A stretch of 64,000 nt of DNA, taken from assembly GCF_041146345.1 (NCBI RefSeq), contig NW_027191414.1, forward strand, positions 124,001-188,000. The letters are read 5' to 3'. The translations under genes were made by a program, and so were the position numbers. This document shows positions 9,866 through 22,138 of this stretch, piece after piece; position 1 is the first letter of the stretch, and every line of letters starts with the position of its first letter. The DNA comes from Neodothiora populina. Taxonomy: Eukaryota. Under the pieces are notes generated by a model. The model worked only from the letters and a program-made list of their open reading frames with translations. It was not told the origin of the DNA and did not search any database.

Positions 9866-11911
9866 CTAGATAGCGTCACGCCCGTTGTGGACAAGTGAAA
9901 CGCCGACGGCATCTGGGATGCCGGCCCAGGTGAAGAGCTGCTGCTGGTTGATGAGGAATTTGTCGACAAAGGCCCTGGAGCGAGCAGCTCCATAAGTCAG
10001 TGTACGTCTCTCAGTGCGCAGATGTTCCATCAGTACGGAGACGAACCCGGTGTCACCGCCGTAACAGTCAGCAGCATCATCTGCCAGCTTCCTAACGTAG
10101 ACGTTTCGGACCAGAGACCAATCAGTAATCTCCGGACGCAGACCTTCGATGTACTTGCGTAAGGTAGACACCAACAGGTAGAAAGCCTTGACCCAGTCTG
10201 TGCCCGTACGGCCTCCGTAGGCGGCTGGGAAAGAGACGAAACAGAGCTTCAGTAGCATCTTGAGAGCGTATTCATCATCGAAGTCTTGATTGACTGAAGC
10301 AATGAAAGTTCTGATGTCAATCATTGGCTGCAAGTGCTCAGGCCAGCGGTCGCCTGGCAACAAGTCACAGGGAAGGTCGGCAACACGCAGAGCATGAATG
10401 ACGATGGATCTCATGGTGTCCTCGGTCTCCTCTGGCGAGCCACTCAGTGCAATGTCGCTGATGCTACTGGCGAGTTCCTCCTGGATCTCGAGATACACCT
10501 TCTTGACAAGGGCGCTGTACCCTGGAGTGCCATTTTGAACATTCTTCTCGCGCTCACAGCGAGGACAGCCACAGAGGAAGTTGTACGTGCCATGGAGGTC
10601 ACGGGCGCGCCAATTGACTTCGTAAGTGGGCTCGCTGTAAGCGATGAAGAGTTCTTCCCCATTTGCAATGGCCCTGGTGGTTCTGAAGCGAGCTTGAGAT
10701 CCTTCGAAGAAGAACATGATATTCGGATCACAAGAATGGTTGATCATGGACACAAAGGGGTCGACACTAATTCCCGAACCAGGGGAGATTGGGTGGCGTA
10801 TGGTGATTGCGTTGATTTCGATCTGGACATATTAGCACCTGGCCAACTGGACTGTCGGGAATCATGATATACCTTTGCGTAAAGCTCGAACATTTCCATC
10901 ACACTCATGTCGGGAAGTTCTCCCATACCGCCCGTCATGGCCCTGGTGTCCCAAAAGGTATGGTTGGTGTCAATCAAGCCTCCTACAAGCGAGCGCTTGT
11001 GGTGCGAGATCAGGTTACCCAGAGCCTTGCGCTCTTCGTCGGTGAAGGTGCCTTGCGCAAGCTTATGGAGAATGCGGGAGAAGATCATATCTACGGCAAG
11101 TTCACCGCCCCTGAGCTTCATACCGCCTCTCTTGCGGGCTCGGTCAATGTGTTTACACTCTTGGCTATGGTGGTCAGCCCATGCAGCGATTTGACATTCC
11201 TATGCGTCAGGTTAGTGCACGAAACTAAATCAGGAGGTGAAGCAAGAAGTGACAAACCTTGCTGCAATACTTGACACACTGGCAGCGCGCGCAGCGGTGC
11301 AGAACAGGTGGTGGATCAGGGGCCATACCGGCTGGACGAATATCAAGGTCTGGTGCCAGAAAGCAGTTGTCGCACACCATGTCAGGGTCCGACGCCGCTG
11401 TGACCAATGGTTTGATGACGCGAAAGACTTCAAAACCAGGTGGCAGTTCTTTGAGCGTGAATACACCGAAGCCAGCATTCTCGATTGGTGAAAGACGAAT
11501 GTCAAGTGGGAAGGGGCTATCAACAGTGGTCAAGAGATATGTGTGCAGGCTGCCACACATGTTAGGTGAGTCTCTGATCTTGAAGTGAGTACTCTCATGC
11601 GATGGTTCGTCAGCGATTGCTGCATCATTAGTCTGCTCATGCTCGTCTGTAGCTTCGTCGTCCTCATCATCTTCATCGTCTTCCTCATCGACCGACACTT
11701 GGCTTTCTGAACCTGCATCATAAGCTTCATCGTCTGCTGGTGGTGTCGAAAGGCCAGCAGGACTGTCCAACGACGATGACGATCCGACCAGGGTCGCGTC
11801 ATCCGCATAAGCTATGTAATTAGCTACATTGGGGTCAATGTCGTAGATGACCCTCGCGAAAGCGGTGTTGAAGTAGTCGTCGCCATTGACGGCCTCACCT
11901 TCTGACTCCAT
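9866..11911 (-). CDS. SET and MYND domain (SMYD-type) lysine methyltransferase; exons 11911-11258, 11199-10873, 10822-9866
   Basis: SET-N AGFGVFT, MYND CDNC..CARCQCVKYCSK|ECQIAAWADHHSQEC, SET MINHSCDPN, GEELFIAY, post-SET FLCGCPRC; acidic N-terminus. An upstream in-frame ATG at 12178 gives an implausible extension. Confidence 0.9.
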
Positions 11912-12604
11912 AATGTCGCAAGGTAGATCACAAAGACACGCAAATGAAGAAGGAGCGTGTGTCGCTGAGGGGGGCGACAACGTCAAGAAGAAGAATGCTG
12001 GAATGCAAAAGCAGCACACGAAGTGTTTGAAAGACACACGAGAAGAGAGATCCCTTAACAACAGAAAAAGTGTGAAGGAACAGATCAAGTAAATGCAAAG
12101 GAGTAAGTGTGGGAAATCGATAATTCCGATTATGTGTGCGCCGTGAAGTGGACCACAGCGCCCCTTCCTTTTCAGCATTCACTTCAGGACCATCCCAGAG
12201 GTTCAAGCGATCCCAAAGAAGCTCCTCTCTGTGCCTACCTCCGACGCTAGCGCCATACCTAAGAAGGCTCGTCTGGAACCTCACGTTGGCCTACAGCTAT
12301 CCATCCAGTGCCGGAGATCTTATGGCATCAGTCTATACTACACTGACTGTCCATGATCGTGCCACCTCGTGACAGACCTCCTAGAGGTATCGAAGGAGTC
12401 GTGATGAGTTCGGAGGGGCGTGCACCGACCATCGATGACGTCCGTGCCCTTCGTACCTACACTTGAGGTGTAGAGAAGGGAAAGCGCGTCAGGCAGCAAG
12501 GCAGCAGCGCATTGCTCTTTGGTGGCAGCGCATGCTTTGAGGTCATGATAGACCTGAGGTATAATCCGTCGCGAAAATGGTGGGATCTTGTCATGCGACA
12601 TATC

Positions 12605-13678
12605 TCAGTAGTCGCTGAAAAGTCTTGTCGCCAGTCCGGGTCGGTTTGCTCCGTCGTCTGTTCTTCCAATTCCACGCACCTCCCTGCCTTCTTTTGCAAT
12701 CCACACACCAGCACTTGTGCCGAGTCTGCTCGCTCCGGCCCGAAGCATCTCTTGAGCATCTTCCAGAGTCCGGATTCCTCCACTGGCTTTGACTCTCATT
12801 CGTTTGCCACCTCTTTTCTCTAGTCTTTCACAGACGGCCTTCATCAGACGTACATTGTCGATTGTTGCACCAGCACCCATGAATCCGGTACTTGTCTGGA
12901 CATAATCGAATCGAGCATAGTCCGCTATCACGCAGGCGGCGATGATATCTTGTCGTGAAAGCTGCGAGATCTCCAGAATCAAGCTTAGGATGGGCGCTTC
13001 TGGCGCGGCTGCTGCACGAATTGTGGCCAGTTCATTGTAGACGGCATCATATTGGCCTTGCTGCAATCGAGGCCAATTGAGAGCTATGTTCAACTCCTGG
13101 GCGCCTGCTATCAGGACACGGCGAGTTTCTCTACATGCATTGGACATGTCAGAGATGCGGGTCCCAGCAGATATGTCTCTCCTTTAAGTCCACAAACATA
13201 TGCTATGTTACATACCGCACCTTGTCCGTTATCTCATGCGTGCCTTCGGGGAAGCCTACCACGCCCGTGACGTGTATCCCACTGCCCTTGAGGTCGGCAG
13301 CTGCCTGCGCCACATGACATGGTCGAACACAGACTGTCTACAAGAGCAACACCAGAACAAATCAGCATTGGCCGAAAATTACAGCAACGCTTGCATGCAG
13401 TGCAGTTCCGACAGCATTTATTTCCGAAGCGTCGTCCCCAGCTTCCAACGGGCAGATAAAATCAGGCTTACCGCGAAACCCAAAACCCTTGCTTCAGCGC
13501 ACAGCGCATCCACCTGCTGCGACGTCGCATCGAGTTTGAGAAGAGTATGATCAATCGCAGCAGCGAGGGCTGCACTACCAGCGAGAGGACTCGACCGCGG
13601 CCGTTCGGTGATGGAGACCTCGGCCGCGAATCCGGCTATGATGGACGACCACTCTTCGTCGGTGTAGCGAGTCGTCAT
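12605..13678 (-). CDS. deoC: Deoxyribose-phosphate aldolase (DeoC/DERA) homologue with substituted catalytic residues; exons 13678-13472, 13337-13216, 13130-12605
   Basis: IDHTLLK, TVCVRP, VVGFPEG, TSTGF, VKASGGIRT, GASRLGTSAG; both introns canonical and frame-preserving. Confidence 0.92.
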
Positions 13679-14716
13679 GGCTCTGCTCTTCTTCCTCTTT
13701 CACCTCGTGATGAAGGCGCACTGGAGTCTGCGGAGTGTTGTATGGGTCGCATTCTTCGGTCTTTCACGCCGAGAAGAGCCGCGCGACATGGGAGAGAGAT
13801 ATCGTGTGCCTGGAGCCCAGCACCGCCGCCGCCGCCGTCGTCTACTAGCGGGGGAAGCACGGGGAGTTGGAACCTGCTCCTCATTGTGGAGATGCTGCTA
13901 TCTACAGACACGGCAAAGTGGCTCCGTGCAGGATTGTCTAGTGGTAAATCGCCGATAAGACGTGATTTGTCGACTGATTTGGGCTCGTCGAAATATATTT
14001 TCTCGGGTGTCAGTCATGATTAAGGTAAGGGCTGGAAACAATCGGCGCAGTCATGAATGTCTACAGTGTAGAGGGGTATGTAAAATGGATATTTTCTTCC
14101 TGCAGCTACGAGTCACAATCCGAACGCATGCACAGCAAAGGTCACAGTGTCACGGAGTCCCAGGTCCACAAGAGCACCATTGAGATTTTATGAGATCGAT
14201 TCAACAGCTATAAGGAGAGCAAGCAAGGGTAGGCTTCCTCAATAGCAATCATAAGATCCTCACTCCTCAATGTATCATGCATCAGAAGCTCGCTTTGATA
14301 TGCCATCTCTCCTGCACCAGTGCATTTGTACACAAACAGCAAGCAGACAAGAAACTCCGAAAAGGAGAAAAACAGATGTGCAAGATAAAAGGAAATAAGA
14401 AAGTAGCGGCCAGATTTTGATCGTGGCGGATATCCGGAACTCCCTTATTTTTGGATCGATGTCGTGATATTGCTGCATAGACTTTTTTGGTTGGCGAGGG
14501 GGAGTTCCCTCTTCTATCCATCCACATGGCATGACTATCCGATCGGAATAGATCAAACCCGAGCTCCTCTGCTGCGCTTGAAAATATCGTATGCCATGAC
14601 TTTGAGCGACGCATCCCCTCCGCCGCCGCCGTGACGGGGAGACACGCCACCATCTTTCCCCCGAGTAACCATCCCAATACGAAATCCGAATTGACTTGAT
14701 TTTACTCGCGTAACAT

Positions 14717-15287
14717 CTACTTTCTCCTGAAAGAGCAGCCCTCAGTAAGACGGGCCTTGCCACCGGTGGGCTGGCAGAGGACCTGAGAGCAGCCGGCGCA
14801 GACGACGACGGTTTGTGCGTGGGAGAAGACGGTGGTGATGGTGAAGCATCCGGGGCACTTGACGTCCATGAAGAAAGAGCGGGGGCCGGGGACAAGGGTC
14901 TGTATTTGGTTTTTCATTAATTCAACTGATTCTAGAGGTCGCATGGCGACTGCTTCCCCACGGAAAGGAAGCAAAGAGAGAAACAGATAAACGCACCTTA
15001 AGCTTGTGCTTGCGGGCCTCAGCGGCGGGGCTGGGGTTGAGGAGGTCGACTGCGAGAACCTGCACATGATCACGTCAGTCATGTTTCCAATTTTTGACAT
15101 GATAACGGCAGCCCTGGATGCGCTGGAGATGGTGGCAGAGCGAATTGTCGCTGACGGATGAAATTGCCGTCGTTGTCGATGTCGTGTGCCTCCTCTTCCT
15201 CGTCGTGTCCGACAAGTTTTCGCCACCTCGAAGCCTTCATCTTCAGCGCATCGCCAGGACCACGCATTTCGGCAAAAATCGTACCAT
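14717..15287 (-). CDS. RPS27: 40S ribosomal protein eS27; exons 15287-15285 (ATG only), 15059-14997, 14899-14717
   Basis: Spliced product [40 protein letters not shown]...CAGC...[12 protein letters not shown]. Confidence 0.97.
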
Positions 15288-18200
15288 CTTGTCGGTTTGA
15301 CTGTTGTCTGTGTTTGAATTGTTTTACTTGTCGGGATTGGATTGATGGTTGGAAGATGGTGCTGTTAATGAGCTTTGCCGGTCGACGATTTCTTCAAAGA
15401 GAGGAGCGGACGAGGTGCAAAGCTCGAAAAGAACCTCTCTGTGGGTGTCTGTGCTGAACGCCAAGCCCCCGCTAGTCTTGCTTTTAGCGATTGCTTTTTT
15501 GTGTCGTCTGCTACTCGCCACTTCTGACTTGTCTATACAGCCAGCACGTTCCAACAAGATCTTTTCTTTTCTTCTATTGTCATTCTGACGTGCAGCAGCA
15601 TGAGGCACTTGAAATGCGCCCTGGCGTGGCGATGATTATTATCCAGTAGTGGACTCCCAGATAGGATAGTGTCAAGACTCTGCGCAGACATGTTCATAAT
15701 AGCACGACCCCGCTTGTCTTGGCACTGGTCTCATCACTGTTGACTGACTTCCTAAGACGTTGGATGTCTGTTCTTTCTTCATTCCATGAGCATATGATGA
15801 TGCACACGATTCGATAACAATAGGTCATACTGTAATGCAATTTGCTTGTTGTTTATACAAGGCCCTATTCGTATCACTGCCTGTAATCATGGTGATATGA
15901 GACCTGTTCAGCTGGCTCGATTCTCCTTCATCTCATGGCTATACACAAATACGATCTGACATGACGAGCACAAGAGTCAAGGAAGTCTGTATCAGCCAAA
16001 TGATAAATATGAGCTTCCCTTATATCGATACCTCTTTCTACCCTTTGCTTATGGGGCTATTGTGCAGGAAGAAGATTATAAGCTGTCTGATAATCCGCTG
16101 CCTTATCTGATTGATCCAGTAAAGCGGTATCAGTATCTACACGTATCAGTATTGGAATGTTACCTACTTATAATCGTCTTCCAAAATCGGTCCAAATTTC
16201 ATTTATGTGACAGGGACATCAACTATATCGCGCAGCCTTGCTATGCTACTACACCCGTGGTTCAGTCTCCAGTATTACTCAATGATCATGCGATATGTAG
16301 AAGTGCTACTGTGTCACACACGCAGCTCTCAATCAAACCCTTCTTTGTGCATAATGATTCAATTGACGCCGCACTGAAGTATGCTACCTTAATACTTCTT
16401 GGATGCATGACACTGCGATCTGGACAATATGAATATGACTCACGTCGTGAACACAGCAGACCTGGTATATGCTAGCCAGAGTACCCTAGTCTTGTATCGT
16501 TGCTTCCAAGACTCATAATCCCTCATTAAGCCTATCTGATTACGTGCACCCGCAGGACTTGGATTTCTTGCGACGACAAGAAAATGATGCTCTTCGTTTT
16601 CGAGATCAATAACCACTACATGCTTCTTCTCAGTAGTGTAGACACAGATTATATTATCTTGCAGGACATGATCCCGCTCTTGACTATTTCATGGAAGAGC
16701 TGAAGGTGGGCCAGGGTCTCCCCCTGTAGGATAGAGCTTGGCAGCGAACCACTTCCTCGTCTATGATTCGGAAGCTTACCGATCTCTGAACCTATACCAT
16801 AGCATGGCCCCTCTATCTCGATAATGGTATGACGTCCCGTGGGCAACACCTGTAGCGTGGTATCCACTTCACGAAAAGACCGGGTGGTCAGCACCAAGTC
16901 AGGACGCGCCATTGCCGCGCACCTCCCCTTGGATATGCTTGGGTGGCCTTATTGAGTGGTTCTAAACTGACCCAATAGAACACGTGAGGATTGTTTCCCC
17001 TGCCCTGCAGCTCCTATATTCCCTGTGATCTGCAAAGCTTCCATCTATCTCACACCGACCATGAACAGATATCCGGACCCGGGGGATAGGCCCGCTGCTT
17101 GCTTCGTGTGTATTCGTTTATTGTTTCTTATCTTTCTTCTGCACCTGGTATCGTGAATCTGTATCGCTTTCCCGCATGCATTCCAATTAGATGAACATAA
17201 TCAACGAGATCGCCGATTGCTGCGCATTGGGGTCTTCGAGGTACATGAAGGTCTAGAAGGTTGCGTGCAAGGTTTGTTCCTTGCTTGGGAACAAGCGTTT
17301 CATGATCTGCTCGACGTGAACAAAGTCTGCATCCACTGGAAGGAAAAAGAGAAACCGCTTTTCGTCAATGTTTGACCGCAATAGCAGCTGCACTTATGCC
17401 AAAATCCTGAATAAACAATGGCGCATGTCGACGCTGGCACAACACACGTACAGCCGGCACCGGAAAGGTAGAAATAAGCGAGCTTATTTGACTCCTGTCA
17501 CTTCTTGGGACCAATAACTCGTTTTTGCAAAAAATGATCGCCGTACCTCATTCGCTGGCTTGATGGACCGCGACAGATATGGCAGGACTACTATGTTTTG
17601 GGTGTGGGATTACATTGACAATTCATTTCAACGTCCTCCACCCACAATGGCAAGAGCCGTGAGGACTAGGTTCGGCAGTTGATTCTTCGGTTGACTCGAC
17701 CAGATGGACACTGAGCATTATTCTCCTGACATGGTATCAGACTCGACTGATCCTCGATCACTCCTTCTGCGGCATATGGAAACAAAGAACGAGCTCACGA
17801 GCGGATGCAAGCAACGTGTTGTAGCACAACATTGAGATCCACATTAGCAACGCCACATGGCAAAGTACGGACTCCTGTCGTCTCGAAATCCCCATGTCCC
17901 ATCATTCATTAGATGGCGAACAAGAGGTGCAGCTTCCGCGAGATCTACCTTTTCCCCCCCAAGAGACACCTCGAACACATACATTGGATCAAATCACATA
18001 TGGGCGACAACAGAAACCCCGACGAATGATCCGTTTCTGCGCGAATTTTGCTGATTCCCTGAGACGGACCCGCGCCAAACGGTCCGCATTGTCCGTTCGG
18101 CAGACATCGTTACGTGGCTGCCATGCGGAGTCACGGTGTGCCCACGTCTTTCACGGGAGTGTACGAGACGTCTGGCGCAACCTCATGGCATCGGTATCAG

Positions 18201-20049
18201 TCGACCATCTGGCTATCCTTGGCCCTGGCCTTGACACATAATTCTCTCTGCCTATTCGGAACATTACAATGGGTTTTATAGGCCACGATTCAAGCACAGC
18301 GCACGACACGGACGCATGCTTGTCTCTGGAACGAGGCTCGGCGGGCCGCGCATCCCAATACTCTCTTTCAATATACAGCCGGCAGATGGAGCAGCTCGTG
18401 GCGACTCGCGACTGAGCAGGCTGGAAAAGGTACGTGTTGAGATCAAACCCACGAGAGCAGATGAATAGATAGCAAGAGTGTGGGGGGAGATCAGGGACAG
18501 ACGATTCATTGCAAGCTTCACAGGCCATGAGCAGCATGCAAACCTGGCAGAAAAAAAACCTAACGACATTCACCGAAAGAATAGTCAGTATTTTCGTCTT
18601 GACTTGTCTCAATGCCATGCCCTCAATACTCAGGCTGATGTTGGCGCGAAGCACTCCCTTCACTCGGCTTGTGGCCTTGCATGGATAATGGCATCGTAAA
18701 ATCCTGCTATGCATATACACTCTCAGCCGGCACTGCGGCGTGATGTGTTCAATGATACTGTGAAGCGTTAGTCGGCTATATATACATGATCATACAAAAC
18801 ACATGCAGCACAGTGAAAGAGATCTCGCGCCATAGGCTTGATGAAAGTCTTCGAGTACGATATAGTGCGTTTAATGAGTGACTATAGGGGGGACTGCTAC
18901 CTCGATTTAATTAGTTCGATATTTCCCATTTCCCATTTCCCCTCCTTCTTCCGAACCTCTCGTCTTCCCAGAAAGAAATCTTCTGCCCCCCTCTGATTAA
19001 TGAAATTGATTCAGCATAGCAGATAAACACCTGTTCCACCTATTTCCCCATTTCCGCCTTTCCGCCCTTTTGGTCCTATATTCGCTCCGTTTACCACCCT
19101 TCCAGTGAACCGTCGCCTCCATTTTCGCCAATAAAGAAGGCCGATGAAGCAGCGAAGAGAAGGGTGAAACAAAGACGAAAGACAGACCTAGAGTGATGAA
19201 AAGAAATAATAATGCTTTCCGCGAAACTTGTCCCAAATTGAAACTTGACTCAACAAAAACAACACAACGCCAAGTAGGAAACGCCAGCCAGCCATAGCGC
19301 GCAAGAAGGTGCAGAAACAAAAGTTCACCAGGGGGAACTCGGGCAATCGAAAGTTCTCATGCCTTCCCTTGGACTGCTAGTGGGTAGTAAAGTTTTGGGG
19401 CAACCGTGAGGTCTGAAAGTGTAGCGTAGGAAAGTCCTTAGGAACCGAAAGCAAAATAGACAAGATGTCGTTCTCTGGATAGGAAAACGTTCCGGATCGA
19501 TCATCGGTAAGCATACAATGTACTAAGCCTGTTGTTGCCAGGCTTCCATCCGGTCACGCGCATGTAGCATCCTAAGAAAACAAGGATGACATAGACGTCG
19601 GCAAAACGGATAGCTCCGAAGAATCAAGAGCATTAGCATGATAATAGCGGTGAAGGCGAATGGTAATCGGTGATTCGGAGCAAGCGTCGAGTAGGTCGCA
19701 GCTAGAGCGGTCTTTCTTTTTTCTGTGAATTTTGATCATTTTGTTCCATGTTTTTTTGCGAATTTTCTTTTCCGAATACGACTTCTCAATAATTATATTT
19801 CATATTGTATATTGACTCTTCGTCATTAGTAGGAAAGGTGTAAAAGGTTGTAGCTCGGATAGCTTTGCCACTGCATGACGTTAGAATATGCAATAGTTGT
19901 GCGAAAAGCGGCAGAGCATGTCGTGGAACAGTCGTGCAAAAGTTCCGTGCGGTGCTGACCTTGATGTTACATGCGCCTAGCAACCATAGGTCTTACGGCT
20001 AATCTATTACGAACCCAGGCATGCACGAATAGTGCTGTACACTATGCTT

Positions 20050-22138
20050 CTAGCCGCTTGGCTTGTGCTTGCTACGGTTGTTGGGCGTGATGTAGTCATT
20101 CTCCGGGCTCCACTCATCGGGGTGGAAGTCCGGGTTTAGGAAATGCGCCGTGTTGAAATGCGAGCTTCACAGAGCAATTAGTGTTCCCTTCGATTGAGCA
20201 ACAAGGTGCGAAACTGTGCGATTTCGTCACTCACTTTCTGAATTGAGAGGTCTGGAAGTCAATATTGCGGCCCGAGGACGCCAGCGCACTCTGCGAAGAC
20301 ATGTATTGACTGGGACGGAAGTTCGTACCACGAGCCATATTGCTGTGTGCGAAAAGTAATCCGTGATGCGTTGCTGTCTCGGTTGGCGAGACGTTGGATC
20401 CGTAGAAGTCCTGGGATGGTGAAGGTGTGGCCGGAGTAGCCGTCGCGACAGAAGGGGGGACACTGTAAGCCGGTGCAACAGAGGCAGTAGGTGGAGGTGC
20501 GTGGTGTTGTACTGGTAATGGAGGAGGTGCAGAGTATGTCGATTCCGTCGAAGGGTAGAAAGGATTTGCCATCCAATTGGTCTGGTTCGGGACCATTGAC
20601 ATGCCCGGCATCATCGCAAGAAAGTCCGGCACACCTACGTCCATTATGGGCTCTTCGTCATAAGTACCGTATTGCAGATACGTCGGTGCAGCAACACCCT
20701 GCGGAGGAGGTTGCGGCTGTGCACTTGTCTCTCGTTTATACAGAATATCGTAATGTCCACTATTGCAATGTTAGCATCTACGGACATGGTACACATCCAG
20801 AGCGGTATCTCACGGTCTGTAAAGCAGGTTGATCGTGGCAGAAGCATCCGTTCCGGCCGCAAATTGATGAGTGGTGGCTTCGTCGCCATGACTGAGATCC
20901 AGATAGATGACGTCCAAAGCTATACCAGCAGGCTTGAGAAGGATGTCGGTAATAGCATTGATTCCTGGATGGTCGATCTCGGTTCCGTGAGGCATGATGG
21001 CCGCCTCGACATAGCCATCAACAGTCTGGGGAAGGATGAAGGGAGCATATTCGTCAGGTCGCGTTTTCATCCATGCAGCAGCAAGGACCTGGGGCTCGTT
21101 AGCATCAGGGGGTAGGTAGTGCTACCAAAGCTGTCACTAACTTTGAAATGCGTGATGATGTAGTTCTGCAGTTCCTCGTCGTTGAAGTCTGCCACAAGAG
21201 ACGCTTCCACATCAGGGTCGTCGACGGTGCCCATGTATTTTCGTAATAGACCATAGGTCTCGTCGGCAAAGTCTTCATAGGACCATTTGTCAAAGCCTGC
21301 AATGTTCATGAGGTTGGTAAGGGATTTGAGTCGGGTCTCTTCCTCGAGAAACTTTGACTTGCTGCCCATTCGGAGCAAGCTCTCGAAGTAGGCGAAAGCG
21401 ATAGCTATATCGTATAAGCATTTTGCGTCTACATGTACAAATCACAGTCAAATAAATTGTTACCTCTCCATCCGCAGCGTCCATCGCCTCTACACGTGCG
21501 ATAATGCGAGTAAGATTCGGGTAGTTTCTTGATCAAAATGTGAGTTTCGACGACGTGAGACAACCACCAAAGCCATGCTACTTACTGCAGTTTTCGTTCG
21601 ATAAATAGGATCTGCAGCGGCGTACTCGGTGGCAAGAGCAGCACTCGATTGACGTTCACCAACAAGAGGGCCCTGTGTAGCGGGTAAGGCGATTAGAGGA
21701 ATCTCAGCCGAGAAAGCACGGTTGACAGGGTTTCGTCATTTAATGTTTACTTACCGTCGCTTCGGGCTCGTACTTGTTCGAGAGCTCCTGGAACTCGGCA
21801 AGGTCTTCATCGGTCTGCCAATTTGACATGTTCTGTTGGAGATGCTGTGGTTGGGCGCGGTTAGGTTGTTGGTGATGTTGATGGACGACTTGTTGTTGAT
21901 GTCGGTGAGTGGTGTGGAGTAGTCGTTGCTGCTGATTGACGTGATGCGGCGGCAGTGGTTGGTGTTGGTGATGAAGCTCGGGAAGGCCAAGCTCCGTCGT
22001 CGGCCGTAGAGGCAAGTGAGTGGTGGGTGCAGCTGGTCGATATGCGAACTGCGCTACACCAAAATGGTCATAGCCATAATCCCCTCGATTACTGGGATAA
22101 TATTCAGGTATGGTTGCGTGCTGTTGGTTCATCATCAT
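20050..22138 (-). CDS. Otubain-like deubiquitinase (peptidase C65); exons 22138-21755, 21672-21586, 21527-21464, 21404-21142, 21088-20814, 20759-20235, 20164-20050
   Basis: YRTCRGDGRCGWRAIAF (catalytic D/C) and LLYRPGHYDILYK (catalytic H) appear after splicing; Q/H-rich N-terminus; last exon NSHFNTAHFLNPDFHPDEWSP. Confidence 0.9.

Noticed and set aside
11912..12178. 89-codon in-frame upstream extension of the SMYD gene
   Set aside because: Translation of a pyrimidine-rich promoter/leader gives F/L/C-rich nonsense; ATG 11911 has better context.
15600..19300. Short ORFs in the long RPS27-otubain intergenic region
   Set aside because: No motifs, consistent splice model or codon bias; no recognisable ncRNA or transposon signature.
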